64,000 nucleotides of DNA from an uncultured Nitrospiraceae bacterium. GTDB taxonomy: Bacteria; Nitrospirota; Thermodesulfovibrionia; Thermodesulfovibrionales; UBA6898. Below, piece after piece: positions 21,635-32,664 of this stretch. The stretch spans positions 1 to 64,000 of the forward strand of contig CAWEQH010000008.1 of the NCBI GenBank assembly GCA_963811165.1. Direction: 5' to 3'. A program made the translations under genes and the position numbers. Position 1 is the first letter of the stretch, and the number at the start of each line of letters is the position of its first letter. The notes beneath the pieces were generated by a model. The model did not search any database, was not told the DNA's origin, and saw only the letters and a program-made list of their open reading frames with translations.

Positions 21635-21679
21635 TTCCTAAACCTGGGGCCGCAAGTTCGAATCTTGCAGGGGGCACCA
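21635..21679 (+). other. 3' half of tRNA-Arg(CCT): island att site
   Basis: Anticodon loop TTCCTAA, ACCTG, T arm GCAAG-TTCGAAT-CTTGC, AGGGGGC-A-CCA; 5' half absent. Confidence 0.85.
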
Positions 21680-21742
21680 TATTTTTCATTCCTACTAACA
21701 ACCTTCGTACTCCCCTTTCTTCTGGGACTTGCATAGGCTAAA

Positions 21743-22282
21743 ATGTTCTTTATGAGAGCCCTGAAGAAAAACATTTTTCTCACGGGAGCTCCGTCGTCCG
21801 GAAAAACCACTGTCATCAAGAAACTGATCGGGCGGCTAGCCCATCCGGTCAGCGGTTTTTATACTGAAGAGGAAAGGATCGACGGCAAAAGGGTCGGTTT
21901 TCTGATGAAGACCGTTGACGGTAAAAAGGGCTACCTTGCCCATCAGGACATAAGGTCCGAATTTCAAATAAGGCGATACGGGGTCAGTTTAGAGAATATA
22001 GAAACCATAGCTGTGCCTTCGATCGCTCCGATTGAAAAAAATGTGATTATCCTCGACGAAATCGGCAAAATGGAGTGTTTTTCAGAGGTCTTCAAACGAG
22101 CCGCGATCGAGGTCCTCGATTCGGCAAACATCGTTATAGGCACGATTGCTTTCGGTGGAGACGATTACCTCCTAGGGATAAAAAGCAGGGCGGATATAGA
22201 GATCCATTACGTGACCCCCGAAAACAGGGACCTGCTCCCCGCATTGATCATGCAGAAGATTTCAGGATTGCTCGGGGATTAA
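21743..22282 (+). CDS. NTPase_1 (THEP1-like) nucleoside triphosphatase
   Basis: TGAPSSGKTT, GFYTEE, IILDEIGKME. Confidence 0.85.
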   Translation: MFFMRALKKNIFLTGAPSSGKTTVIKKLIGRLAHPVSGFYTEEERIDGKRVGFLMKTVDGKKGYLAHQDIRSEFQIRRYGVSLENIETIAVPSIAPIEKNVIILDEIGKMECFSEVFKRAAIEVLDSANIVIGTIAFGGDDYLLGIKSRADIEIHYVTPENRDLLPALIMQKISGLLGD

Positions 22283-22287
22283 CGGCT

Positions 22288-22312
22288 GTAGGGGCACGTT
22301 GCAACGTGCCCC
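22288..22312 (+). repeat. GTAG-type REP palindrome
   Basis: GTAGGGGCACGTTGCAACGTGCCCC, intergenic just after a stop codon. Confidence 0.6.
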
Positions 22313-22513
22313 CCTTGCTCAAAACTGTAGGAAGGATGACGATACTCGGGGTTGAATCCCGGATTGAACATCACACGCTGCGCCCCTTTTCTTGTTACCA
22401 CCCGTATGATTTTTATCATAGCAGTTGAGTTTTGATGGCGGTACAATATAATTAGAAGAAATGAAATTCTTTACCCCTGTGCGTGGAACGGCCAGGATGC
22501 CGAGGAGGCTGTT

Positions 22514-22729
22514 ATGAAAGGAAAGGATATTGAGGATGCCCTGCTTGAACTGGGAATGAAAAGAGGCGTGCTTTTTTTCAGGGAACTTGATGAAGTATTT
22601 CCTACAGACCACTTTCCTCTTCAGGAAATAGAGCATTTGCTGATGCGTCTTGAGGACCTTGGGGTCAGGGTCGTAGAAAAAGAGGAATGTGTGGGGAAAA
22701 AACCACGGCATAGGCGAAAGGCAGCGTGA
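22514..22729 (+). CDS. Stand-alone sigma70 region 1.1-like protein
   Basis: LLELGMKRGVLFFRELDEVFP...EIEHLLMRLEDLGVRVVE; GAGGAGG RBS. Confidence 0.7.
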   Translation: MKGKDIEDALLELGMKRGVLFFRELDEVFPTDHFPLQEIEHLLMRLEDLGVRVVEKEECVGKKPRHRRKAA

Positions 22730-22915
22730 TTTTATAATTTATTCCATCGGGATTTTACCACCCCAGAAAGAAAGGGGCATCTGATTTTTTCAGGCCAGCT
22801 GAAGGCCGCCTCTGACTACCCACTACTTGCCGATTGGCTCCCGAACTTTCCCGAATCTTATGATTACTCTTGACAATTAGCCCCGGAAGATGTTTTATAG
22901 GGAAGGATATCTAAA

Positions 22916-23860
22916 ATGAAGATTACCTGTCCGAAATGTAAGGCAAGACTTACGCTTCCCGATGAAAAATTAAGGCCTGAAGGGACGAGATTCAAATGCG
23001 GTAAGTGTGAAACGTCCCTTTTTTTAAAGCGCAAGGGCAAAAAGGCCCCTCAGGACAGCTCTGCCCAACAGATGCCCCTGTCTCTTTCGCCGTCCGCGCA
23101 GGAACCCGAGTCTCCATCTCAGTCAACTGTCCCAGTTTCCGAAAGTAAGCAGATGGATAAAGAGGGCCTGCCTATAACCGACCGGACGGACTCAGGGTCA
23201 ATCCCGCCCACAGATAAAGCCGCCGATAGTCGGATGATCGTTGAAAAAAAGGAGAGGCCGGGGAAAATAGAAGTCGGTCCTGAGGGTTCCGCGCAGTATT
23301 CGGCGCCTGTTACCGAAGGAGGACAAAAGGTCTTTCCACGTAAGGCGCTTCTGGCGGGAGCGGCGGCCGGCATCCTGGTACTTATCTTTGCCGCGTTATT
23401 CTTTTTCTATTCTCAGGACAAACCGACAGAAGATCATGTCCATGCCGCGGGGAGGGATAAAGGCCCGGCGACGTCCCCGGCCGCTGTTTCGGGGAAAGGG
23501 TCTTTGCCAACGGGCAGCTCCCAGGGCGACACGCCTGCTATAGAGCAGACCCCTGGAGGGGCCATTGCCCAACAGCCTTCTTCCGCGATCACCGAAGAAA
23601 GGGCGATAGAGGTAGTCAAAAGATCAGAAGCGCTCCTTAGGAACACGTCTGTAGAGTCGATTGTCAATAAATGGGCTGAGGAGAATGCCTCGAAGTTTAA
23701 GGTGGTCGGCTGGCAGGCCAAAAAGAAGGATGAGCAGAAATACCTGGTAAGTTTTACGGCCATGGACGGCGACACGCAAAAGGGTTTTTATTTCGAAGTT
23801 GATGTCCCAAGCGGGACCGTACGGAACCTCGCCCAGAATCCCGAGCTTCAGAAAAAATAG
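22916..23860 (+). CDS. MJ0042-type zinc-ribbon membrane protein
   Basis: CPKC...CGKC, low-complexity linker, one TM. Confidence 0.75.
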   Translation: MKITCPKCKARLTLPDEKLRPEGTRFKCGKCETSLFLKRKGKKAPQDSSAQQMPLSLSPSAQEPESPSQSTVPVSESKQMDKEGLPITDRTDSGSIPPTDKAADSRMIVEKKERPGKIEVGPEGSAQYSAPVTEGGQKVFPRKALLAGAAAGILVLIFAALFFFYSQDKPTEDHVHAAGRDKGPATSPAAVSGKGSLPTGSSQGDTPAIEQTPGGAIAQQPSSAITEERAIEVVKRSEALLRNTSVESIVNKWAEENASKFKVVGWQAKKKDEQKYLVSFTAMDGDTQKGFYFEVDVPSGTVRNLAQNPELQKK

Positions 23861-23994
23861 GAAGATATGGTGAGGGAGATAGGAACCAGAGAGTTCCCTA
23901 TTAACGGCTAACAGGCTTCCCCGCTGAAGTCATCATTTTCAACTTTCAGGCTTCCTGAAACGTCGGCATATGTGAATTATTGTGCCATGTCCCG

Positions 23995-25203
23995 TCAGAT
24001 CGTATCCAAGGCCTGCTTCAAATCCGCGATCAGATCGTCTATGTCTTCAAGCCCTAACGCAAGTCTTACCAGGTTGTCGACCATTCCGATAGACTTTCGG
24101 AATTCTTCGGGATAGTCAAAAAAAGACATGGCCCACATCTGCGTGACCAGGCTTTCGCTGCCGCCCAGGCTCGGGGTAATCAGGAAGAGCTCGAGGGCGT
24201 CGATAAACTTCCTTGTTTCTTTGTTGCCTCCTTTGACGAGGAAGCTTATGACGCTGCCGAAGCCCTTCATCTGCTCCATGCCTATCTTATGGTCAGGGTG
24301 CGACTTAAGTGCCGGGTACCAGACCTTCTCGACCTTGGGGTGAGACTCAAGCATCTGCGCCACGGCCAGACCCGCCTTGTTGTGGTGCTCCATCCTCATC
24401 CCGAAGGTCTTGAGGCCGCGCTCAAGGAGGAAGCAAGTAAGCGGACCGGGTGTTGCGCCCATCATGCGCTGCATCTTGTAAAGGTCGGTCATCAGGGCCG
24501 CCGAACCGAGCGCTACTCCGGCCATAAGGTCATTATGACCCCCGAAATATTTTGTAGCCGAATGGATGACGACGTCCACCCCGAGATCGATAGGCCTGAT
24601 GTTATAGGGTGTCGCGAGCGTGGCGTCGATGATGGTCATGATATTACGTTTCCTGGCCACCTTCACGATGGCCGGTATATCGAGTACGCGCAGATAGGGG
24701 TTCGTGGGCGACTCGGTGAAGATGATGTTGGTGGCGGGTTTGATGGCCTTCTCTATCGCCCCGGCCGTAGGGTCAACGATGGAGTACCCGACGCCGAACT
24801 TGCCGAGAAAATTTGTTGCAAAGTCCCGCGTCTGGCGGTAGCAGTCACCGGTGAAGATGATATGCCCCTCCCGTTTCATGAAGGTCATCACCGTCAGAAG
24901 TACCGCCGCCATGCCCGAGGAGTAGAGCACCGCGCGCTCGGCCCCTTCTATTGCGGCGAGCTTGCGTTCTGTTTCCTGCTGGGTAGGGTTACCGTACCTG
25001 GCATACTCATGCTCGCGGGTCACGACCCCCTGGCCTTTAGCACGCATGAAATCTTCGACCTCGCCGGCTGTGTCGAAATAGTAGTTAGAGGTCTGCAAAA
25101 TCGGCGTTGAGACGGCATGATAGGCTTTAGGAAGGCGGCCCAGACCGTGGATTGCTAAGGTGGCGGGATGCCATTTTTTGGGGTCTGACGGTTTTTTAGA
25201 CAT
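23995..25203 (-). CDS. metB: Cystathionine gamma-synthase family PLP enzyme
   Basis: [32 protein letters not shown]. Confidence 0.8.
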   Translation of the reverse strand: MSKKPSDPKKWHPATLAIHGLGRLPKAYHAVSTPILQTSNYYFDTAGEVEDFMRAKGQGVVTREHEYARYGNPTQQETERKLAAIEGAERAVLYSSGMAAVLLTVMTFMKREGHIIFTGDCYRQTRDFATNFLGKFGVGYSIVDPTAGAIEKAIKPATNIIFTESPTNPYLRVLDIPAIVKVARKRNIMTIIDATLATPYNIRPIDLGVDVVIHSATKYFGGHNDLMAGVALGSAALMTDLYKMQRMMGATPGPLTCFLLERGLKTFGMRMEHHNKAGLAVAQMLESHPKVEKVWYPALKSHPDHKIGMEQMKGFGSVISFLVKGGNKETRKFIDALELFLITPSLGGSESLVTQMWAMSFFDYPEEFRKSIGMVDNLVRLALGLEDIDDLIADLKQALDTI

Positions 25204-26542
25204 TCTGTTCTCTCCTCTTTTGTAATGCGTGCTTAAGCGCCTCCCTTACAGCCTCCACGGTCGGCGGCAGCTCGATCGGTTTGTTGGCGAAACGGCAGGG
25301 GAAATCCAATGCTTCCTCATGGTACTTGACCTTGAAGTCGGTGAACTTAAGGCCATGGGCCGTAGAGATTACGACAACATGCTCCGACCTGTCGATCTTG
25401 CCGGTATTTATCAGCTTGATCAGTGCCGCAAGGGCGACGCCTGTGTGTGGGCAGTTGAACATGCCGGTAGTGTCGCCAAGAGCAGCCGCGTCGGCCAGTT
25501 CCTGCTCAGAAGCGTCCATGACGATGCCGTTGAACTGTTTGAGCGTGCGGATCGCCTTCTGGATACTGACGGGGTTACCGATCTGAATGGCGCTGGCAAG
25601 AGTCTTTTGGGCCTGAATCGGTTCATAGGTCTCGAAGTTCTTCAGATATGAGCGGTAGAGGGGATTTGCGCGCTCCGCCTGGGCGACCACGATCCTCGGA
25701 AGTCTGGTGATCAGTCCGAGGTCGCGCATCATCAGAAGACCGCTTCCCAGTGCGGAGACGTTCCCCAGGTTTCCGCCGGGGATGATGATCACGTCGGGTA
25801 TCTCCCAATCGAACTGCTGGACGATCTCGATGCCTACGGTCTTCTGTCCCTCGATCCTGAGGGAGTTCATGGAATTCGCCAGGTAGATCGTTTCGTCTTT
25901 GGTGATCTCCTGCACCACGCGCATGCAGCCATCGAAGTCGGTGTCCAAAGATAATACCAACGCGCCGTTGGCGATCGGCTGGACTAGCTGTGCGATCGAT
26001 ATCTTGCCCTTGGGAAGGAGCACGATCGACTGGATGCCGGCTGCGGCGCAATAGACCGCAAGCGCTGCTGAGGTATCGCCCGTGGATGCGCAGGCAACGG
26101 CCTGGATCGGGGCGCCTTCGCTGATCATCTGCTTGACCATCGATACGAGGACAGTCATCCCCAGGTCCTTGAAAGACCCGCTATGGGAGTTTCCGCAGAG
26201 CTTGAGCCAGAGGTTGTCGATGCCGATCTTCTTGCCGAACCGCTCGGCCCAGAACAGGTTGGTGCCGCCTTCATAGAGAGAGACCACGTTGTCGTTATTG
26301 ACCTGAGGAAGTATCCATTCCTTTTTGCCCCAGACACCCGAGCCGTAAGGCCACTCTGTGGATTTGTAGCGGTCCTCGAAAAGCTTCATCCAGGCCGTGG
26401 CACTGCGGTGGGCCAGGACCTGCATGTCATGCTGCACCTCAAGGAGTGATCCGCAGACCTTGCAGCGGTAAATGATCGAATTCAGCGGATAGCGTGCTTT
26501 ACACTGATCGTTGATGCACTGAAACCAGGCTCGATATGGCAT
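25196..26542 (-). CDS. thrC: Threonine synthase
   Basis: [27 protein letters not shown]; start at MPYRAW. Confidence 0.9.
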   Translation of the reverse strand: MPYRAWFQCINDQCKARYPLNSIIYRCKVCGSLLEVQHDMQVLAHRSATAWMKLFEDRYKSTEWPYGSGVWGKKEWILPQVNNDNVVSLYEGGTNLFWAERFGKKIGIDNLWLKLCGNSHSGSFKDLGMTVLVSMVKQMISEGAPIQAVACASTGDTSAALAVYCAAAGIQSIVLLPKGKISIAQLVQPIANGALVLSLDTDFDGCMRVVQEITKDETIYLANSMNSLRIEGQKTVGIEIVQQFDWEIPDVIIIPGGNLGNVSALGSGLLMMRDLGLITRLPRIVVAQAERANPLYRSYLKNFETYEPIQAQKTLASAIQIGNPVSIQKAIRTLKQFNGIVMDASEQELADAAALGDTTGMFNCPHTGVALAALIKLINTGKIDRSEHVVVISTAHGLKFTDFKVKYHEEALDFPCRFANKPIELPPTVEAVREALKHALQKRREQNV

Positions 26543-26757
26543 AGACTTCACCTTCGATTGTTCGTATTGGCCGGCACCACCTCTGGCGGCCGGCAGCACA
26601 TGAGGAAATTTCACGGGGAAATCCCAGAAACAAAAGTGCCCCTCACGCACCGATGAGAATATCATAATAACCCGAAGGGAATCAATCAGGCAAATAATAT
26701 AGTGAGATTTCAGTGAACAGCGAAATCAGGAATGGAGAAAAACGGCCCCTTACCGGT

Positions 26758-27072
26758 TCAAAACTTCAGCAGAAACCTCAGCAGAAAAAATACCGCGGTT
26801 GCTACAGAAATGAGGACGACGGTCACCACTATCCCCGATCTTTTATTTTCTGATGATTTAGCCTTTTTTTCCACCTGTCTGCCCCCGGCTTTCGGGGCCT
26901 CTTGCCGGGCGGGGACTTGTTTGCGCAACTTTATGTCAAGGAGTTCCGAGACCTTGAAATCCTTGTACTGCACTTCCACCCCCTGTGATGGCGCAAGGTC
27001 CTTTCCGCAGCTCTCACATGCCTTCCCTTCTCCGGTCTTTTCGCCGCAATGAGGACATTCCATAACACTCAC
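26758..27072 (-). CDS. Zinc-ribbon membrane protein
   Basis: CPHC..CESC, C-terminal TM. Confidence 0.6.
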   Translation of the reverse strand: MSVMECPHCGEKTGEGKACESCGKDLAPSQGVEVQYKDFKVSELLDIKLRKQVPARQEAPKAGGRQVEKKAKSSENKRSGIVVTVVLISVATAVFFLLRFLLKF

Positions 27073-27250
27073 CTCTTCTTAATTATACTCCCTGAAGAAA
27101 CATAATGGGGGAACGAGAGAAACGATGTGAAACTAAAGTATCAAATTCCCGTCCATACTCGTAAAAAGCCGCAATGCCTTACTTGCTATTTCCTATTTTC
27201 TTTCTTACTATTAAGGCAAAGTGTTTAGACGACCTTGAGGGAGGAAAATA

Positions 27251-27649
27251 ATGCGGACCCTGTCTCTTTTTTTACTCATTGCTGCCTGCCTTGCCTCCTG
27301 TGCCGCGGCCCAGTCACGGCAGGCCTTCGATTTGACACTCGACAAATACAACCAGCTTGTCAGATGGAGGGATTTCGATCAGGCCATGCTTTTTTCATCC
27401 AGCTCCATCTCCGGAGAGTTCGCGGAGCGTGTGAAGGCGGCAAGGGATGCGAGGATAACCGATTACCAGGTCATAGATGTAAAATACGATGAAAAGGCCC
27501 TGAAAGCCTCCGCAGTCGTAACTTTCAGCTATTATCTGAGCACCTCGGGGCACGTCACGAGTCTGACAGACAACCAAGAATGGGTCTATATCGATGAAGG
27601 CGGGGTCAAAGGGTGGAGACTGAAGAGCCTGCTGCCTGAGTTTCGATAA
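27251..27649 (+). CDS. Putative lipoprotein
   Basis: Signal peptide with LASC lipobox. Confidence 0.7.
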   Translation: MRTLSLFLLIAACLASCAAAQSRQAFDLTLDKYNQLVRWRDFDQAMLFSSSSISGEFAERVKAARDARITDYQVIDVKYDEKALKASAVVTFSYYLSTSGHVTSLTDNQEWVYIDEGGVKGWRLKSLLPEFR

Positions 27650-27664
27650 AATTCGGATAAGCCG

Positions 27665-28252
27665 ATGATCAGGTATAACGGGATAAATCACCTCGCTATG
27701 GCAACGGGGGACATGGATTCGACTATACGGTTCTGGAGAGACCTCCTCGGCATGAGATTGATCGCCGGACTCGGCAAGCCCGGGTACAGGCATTATTTCT
27801 TCGAAATATCCGAAAGAGACTCGATCGCCTTTTTCGAGTGGCCTGCGGTGGAGCCCGTTCAGGAAAAGGAGCACGGAAGGGTAGTTGCCGGTCCTTTTAT
27901 CTTCGATCATGTTTCCCTCGGAGTCGACACGAAGGAAGCGCTCTGGGAGATCAAAGACAGGATAGATGCAGCCGGGTTTTGGGTGTCGGAGGTCATTGAC
28001 CATGGGTTCATTTACTCGATTTATTCCTTCGACCCAAACGGCATCCCGATAGAGTTCAGCTGGAACGTCGATGGAGTAGACATCCATAGGGACCCTAAGA
28101 TAGCGGACTCTCATCCTTCAGACATCACCCGAGAAGGCCCCGGCCCGCGTTTCGATAAATGGCCTGAAATCGAAACCCCGACCCCTGAAAAAGAGCGGAA
28201 GGTCTACCCCGGCCAAGGAATTGAATTCTTCCGGGGAAAAGCACAAAAGTGA
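27665..28252 (+). CDS. VOC/glyoxalase family protein
   Basis: INHLAM, FDHVSL, SFDPNGIPIEF. Confidence 0.85.
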   Translation: MIRYNGINHLAMATGDMDSTIRFWRDLLGMRLIAGLGKPGYRHYFFEISERDSIAFFEWPAVEPVQEKEHGRVVAGPFIFDHVSLGVDTKEALWEIKDRIDAAGFWVSEVIDHGFIYSIYSFDPNGIPIEFSWNVDGVDIHRDPKIADSHPSDITREGPGPRFDKWPEIETPTPEKERKVYPGQGIEFFRGKAQK

Positions 28253-29391
28253 CGCTATTTCTGTTTATCTTTTTCCTCCTTTATGGGGGTATCCACGTCT
28301 ATGCCTTTCTAAAGGCGAAGGCCGCCCTCTCCTTCGGTCCCGGCGCCGGCCTTTTACTGGCGGCCTTCATGGCATTGATGATCGCTGCGCCTTTTATCGT
28401 CCGCTACTTCGAACGATCCGGAATGGAGCAACCTGCAAGGGTCGCTGCCTATGTCGGCTACACCTGGCTGGGTGTACTCTTTCTCTTTTCGTCTTATTCA
28501 TTTGCCTTCGATATCTATCGCTTTTTAATTTCTGCGGGAAGGCTTCTTACTCATAAGGACCTATTTTTTGTTCAGTTACCGGGCAGGCCCGCTTTTTTTT
28601 TGTCGCTCGTTCTTTCTCTTCTTACATCTCTCTATGGCTATTTTGAGGCGAGGAACATCCGGACCGAACACGTAGAGATAAAGACTCAGAAGATCCCTTC
28701 GAAAGTCGGAAGATTGAGGATAGTGCAGATTTCAGACGTACATCTCGGTCTGATCGTCCGTGAGGAGAGGCTAAAGAGGATACTTGATATAGTAAGAAAA
28801 GCAGATCCCGATATCTTCGTGGCTACCGGCGACCTTGTGGACGGGGATGTGTGTCGGCTTAACGGCCTGAGCAATATGCTCAAAGATATAAATCCGAGAG
28901 TTGGAAAATATGCGATAACCGGCAATCATGAGTTTTATTCAGGGCTCGAGCAGGCAAAGTGCTTTATCCGGGATTCCGGTTTTACTCTCCTAAGGGGAGA
29001 AAGTGTTTCAGGTATTATTACTATTGCAGGGGTGGATGACCCGGCAGGTGAAAGCCTGGGACTCTCCCGAAAAGTGAGTGAGAAAGACCTTCTCTCAGGA
29101 CTCCCAAAGGACAAGTTCACCCTTTTTCTCAAACACCGGCCGCTGATAGACCAAGGTGCGGTCGGGCTTTTCGACCTGCAGCTCTCAGGACACGTCCATA
29201 AGGGGCAGATATTTCCCTTCACCATCTTTACGTGGCTCTATTATCCCGTACAGTCCGGGTTCGTACACATAGGCGACAGTTCCTATTTGTATGTAAGCAG
29301 AGGGGCAGGCACGTGGGGGCCCCCTATCCGGGTCCTTGCCCCTCCCGAGGTTGCGGTAATAGACCTGGTTTCTGCCGGGCCTTCCTTTTAA
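28249..29391 (+). CDS. Membrane metallophosphoesterase
   Basis: SDVH, TGDLVD, GNHE, SGHVH. Confidence 0.9.
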   Translation: MTLFLFIFFLLYGGIHVYAFLKAKAALSFGPGAGLLLAAFMALMIAAPFIVRYFERSGMEQPARVAAYVGYTWLGVLFLFSSYSFAFDIYRFLISAGRLLTHKDLFFVQLPGRPAFFLSLVLSLLTSLYGYFEARNIRTEHVEIKTQKIPSKVGRLRIVQISDVHLGLIVREERLKRILDIVRKADPDIFVATGDLVDGDVCRLNGLSNMLKDINPRVGKYAITGNHEFYSGLEQAKCFIRDSGFTLLRGESVSGIITIAGVDDPAGESLGLSRKVSEKDLLSGLPKDKFTLFLKHRPLIDQGAVGLFDLQLSGHVHKGQIFPFTIFTWLYYPVQSGFVHIGDSSYLYVSRGAGTWGPPIRVLAPPEVAVIDLVSAGPSF

Positions 29392-29479
29392 TAATTTGCT
29401 CCGATTTTGGTATGCTAATAATAAATGGCCGCGTGTTAACAACTATTCGGCATGATCAGCCGGATGAGGAGGTCTTATC

Positions 29480-30671
29480 ATGAAACGACGCGATTTTCTC
29501 AAGGTGGCGGCTTTCGCCGCAGCCGCTGTTACGGTCCATCCGATACATGGAGAAGCAGTTTCCAACACACCCTCTGTTAAAAGGTATCGAGAAATAGGAA
29601 AGACCGGCTTAAAGATGAGCGATATCTCCTTCGGCGGAGGAAAACTTTCGGCGGCATCGATGGTGCTGAGGGCCGTGGACAGCGGCATCAACTATTTTGA
29701 CACTGCTCCGGATTACGGCCAATCCGAAAAGACTATCGGCGAAGCCATGGGCAGAATACGGAGGGACAAGATCATCATTACCTCGAAATTCTGTAACCCG
29801 CAGCCTTATCCCGGTCACCTCCCCTTGGGTTCGAAGAAGAAAGATTATGTAGCCTCGGTCGAAGGAAGCCTCTCGAGGATGAAGACCGATTACCTCGATT
29901 TCTGTTTTGTGCACGCCATAGGCGAGATGAACAAGGACCTGGAAGCCGAGAAAAAAAGGCTCCTCGATGACGAGATGTTCGAGGCCGCTGACTGACCTTA
30001 AAAAGGCGGGAAAGGTCCGTTTCCTCGGCACCTCTTCTCACGGGCCTAGCAATATGGAGGAACTCCTGATGACCGCGGTCAAGTCAGGCCGCTTCGATCT
30101 GATCCAACCGTCCTTTAACTTCATGAAGTTCCCGAAGCTGCCCGAGGTCATGAAGGAAGCCCATAAAAAAGGGGTGGGTGTGATCGCCATGAAGACCCTT
30201 GCCGGCGCAAAGGATATGAATGTAGAAGGGAAAGGAGAGGAGTTCTCCCACGCGGCATTCAAGTGGGTCTTAAAAAATCCGGAGGTGAGCGGCCTTATCG
30301 TTACCATGAAAACAGCTTCTGATATCGAGCTCTATCTCAAGGCCTCGGGGGCAAAATTCACCGCCGCCGACCAAAGGGTCCTTGATCAATATGCCCGTTT
30401 GTACGGCAACGAATACTGCAGAACGGGCTGCGGCGCCTGCGAGGGATCATGCGCACAAGGAGTGCAGATAGCCACGATCATGAGATACCGGATGTATTTC
30501 AGGGACTATGGCATGGAAAAAAGGGCGATGGAATCATATGCCTCATTGAGGAACAATGCATCGGCCTGCTCAGGATGTGCTGATCCGGCTTGCATCGGCA
30601 GCTGTCCTCATGGTCTTCCTGTGAAAGAAATGCTCTCTGATGCCCATGAGTCGATGTCGTTTGTTGTCTGA
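29480..30671 (+). CDS. Tat-exported aldo/keto reductase with 4Fe-4S domain (indel ~29990)
   Basis: KRRDFLK, YFDTAPDYG, C-terminal CRTGCGAC..C. Confidence 0.85.
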
Positions 30672-30681
30672 GGCGGGTCTG

Positions 30682-31651
30682 ATGAACTCAGTTCCGCTTA
30701 AATACCGTCTTCTTCTGATCGCGCTCCTGCCGCTTATCTCCGGGGTCCTGTATTTCAGGGGCCAAAAGTATGACCCCGCCCTGATAGATTTTAAGACAAC
30801 GCTGCGGCAGGATGTCCCCGGTTCTATAATCCCACGCCAAGCCATACAAGAGTCACCACCTATAGCCGTCGCTGAAGATATCGCCGGGTTCCGGAAGTTG
30901 GGTGAGACCCGTCGTTACACAAAGGAAAATCTTTATGAACATGTAGACGGCCACGCCGAATATTTTATCAGTGCCGGATTTCAGGGGCTTACGGTGACTG
31001 ACTACATTGCCGTGGGGTCCAAGGCAACTCAGGCGGAGATCCAGGCAGAGGTCTATGACATGGGTAAAAGCATCCAGGCATTCGGGGTCCTTGTAGATGA
31101 GTCGGGAGAAAACCCTCCTCCTTTGTCTGTGGGAGACGATGGGATATAAGACCTCAAGCGGCGTGAACTACATAAAGGGGAAGTATTACGTCAAGATATC
31201 GGCCTTCACCCCAAATACGCCGGTCATTAAGTTTGCGAAGGGATTTGCCGATACCCTTTCCGGAGCAAAGGATTCTTTCCGGATATTTTCGAAGTTCCCC
31301 GACATAGGAAAGGTCCTAAACACGAGGTTTGCAAAAGAGGGTTATCGCGGTCTCGATTTCCTCCATAATGTGATAGAGCGCGAATACTCTACAGGCCGGG
31401 GAAATATCAAGGTGGCTCTTATGGCAGGCAGTGAGCCTGAAGTGAGATCAGTTCTGTCACCCTTTCTTGAATACTTTGGAAAATCCGGGATGCGGTACGA
31501 AAAGACCGAAAGGGGCGTAGCGGACGTCTACAAGGTTATGGACAAATATGAGGGCAACTGGTTTCTCATCCGGTCGCGCGATGCAGTTTTCGGCGTGTTC
31601 GGGACGGATGACGAAGAGATCCTTAAATACTTTGTGAAAGAGAAGGGATAA
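30682..31651 (+). CDS. DUF6599-like protein (indel ~31135)
   Basis: NLYEHVDGHAEYF, EVYDMG..AFG, GKYYVKI. Confidence 0.6.
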
Positions 31652-31671
31652 AAAACCTTTGAGGTAGTCCT

Positions 31672-32664
31672 ATGCCATCGAAGAATAACAAAAGGGAGCC
31701 GGACATCAGCAGGAGACAATTTCTCCTGAGGACCGCCGCTACGTGCGGCCTTGCGGCAACTGCAGGCGTATGGGGATATGTCTTTTATAGTAAAGAACCG
31801 GTCCGAAGGAGCGACCGTAGGATACTCACCTTCAAGGACTTCCGCACCGAAGAGAAAACAGTCTATCCTACGCTTGCGGTTGTCCATGGCCGGAACGCTG
31901 AGAAGATGGTCCGGGCCGCGATCGAAAAGATCGGCGGCATTGGCCGTTTTATAAGTCCGGGCGATAAGGTCCTCCTGAAGCCCAATGTGGCCTGGGACAG
32001 GCAGCCCGAGCAGGCGGCCGACACCAATCCCGCGGTGGTCGCCGCAGTAGTTAAGCTCTGCCTGGAGGCGCGGGCATCAGAGGTCTGGGTAACGGATATT
32101 CCGGTGAACGATCCCTACAGATGTTTCGCCCGTTCCGGCATCGAGGATGCGGTGAAGAGGGCGGGCGGAAAGATCAGATTGACTACCGAAAACGACTTTG
32201 TCCTTACCGATCTGAGGGGCGAATCTCTAAAGGTGTGGCCTGTAAGCGCATTCTATCACCAGGCTGACAAGCTCATCAATCTGCCGGTCGTAAAACACCA
32301 CTCCCTCAGCAAATGCACAATGGCCATGAAAAACCTTTACGGCTCTTTAGGCGGACAGAGGAACCGGTTGCATCAAGACATCAATACCTCGATCGCTGAC
32401 CTCGCCTCTGCGATCAGGCCGACACTCACTGTCATGGATGCCACGAGGGTACTTAAGAGGAACGGTCCGACCGGCGGTAACCTTTCGGACGTATCCATAG
32501 AGAATACGGTCATCGCCGGAGTGGACCTGGTGGCGGCTGAGTCTTATGGTCTCAGGTTTCTTGATCTGAAGGTTGAGGATATTCCTTTTATCATGATGGC
32601 GCAAAAGAGGGGCATCGGGATTTCCGATTGGAAATCCCTAAACATTGCCGAGATAAACGTATGA
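31672..32664 (+). CDS. DUF362 protein with Tat signal
   Basis: SRRQFL, VLLKPNVAWDR, KHHSLS, MKNLYG. Confidence 0.85.
   Translation: MPSKNNKREPDISRRQFLLRTAATCGLAATAGVWGYVFYSKEPVRRSDRRILTFKDFRTEEKTVYPTLAVVHGRNAEKMVRAAIEKIGGIGRFISPGDKVLLKPNVAWDRQPEQAADTNPAVVAAVVKLCLEARASEVWVTDIPVNDPYRCFARSGIEDAVKRAGGKIRLTTENDFVLTDLRGESLKVWPVSAFYHQADKLINLPVVKHHSLSKCTMAMKNLYGSLGGQRNRLHQDINTSIADLASAIRPTLTVMDATRVLKRNGPTGGNLSDVSIENTVIAGVDLVAAESYGLRFLDLKVEDIPFIMMAQKRGIGISDWKSLNIAEINV

Noticed and set aside
21600..21679. Intact tRNA-Arg gene
   Set aside because: No D arm or 5' acceptor and anticodon strands; only the 3' half is present.
22514..22729. Split sigma factor formed with the island gene at 19739-20425
   Set aside because: They lie on opposite sides of the island boundary and nothing in the sequence links them.
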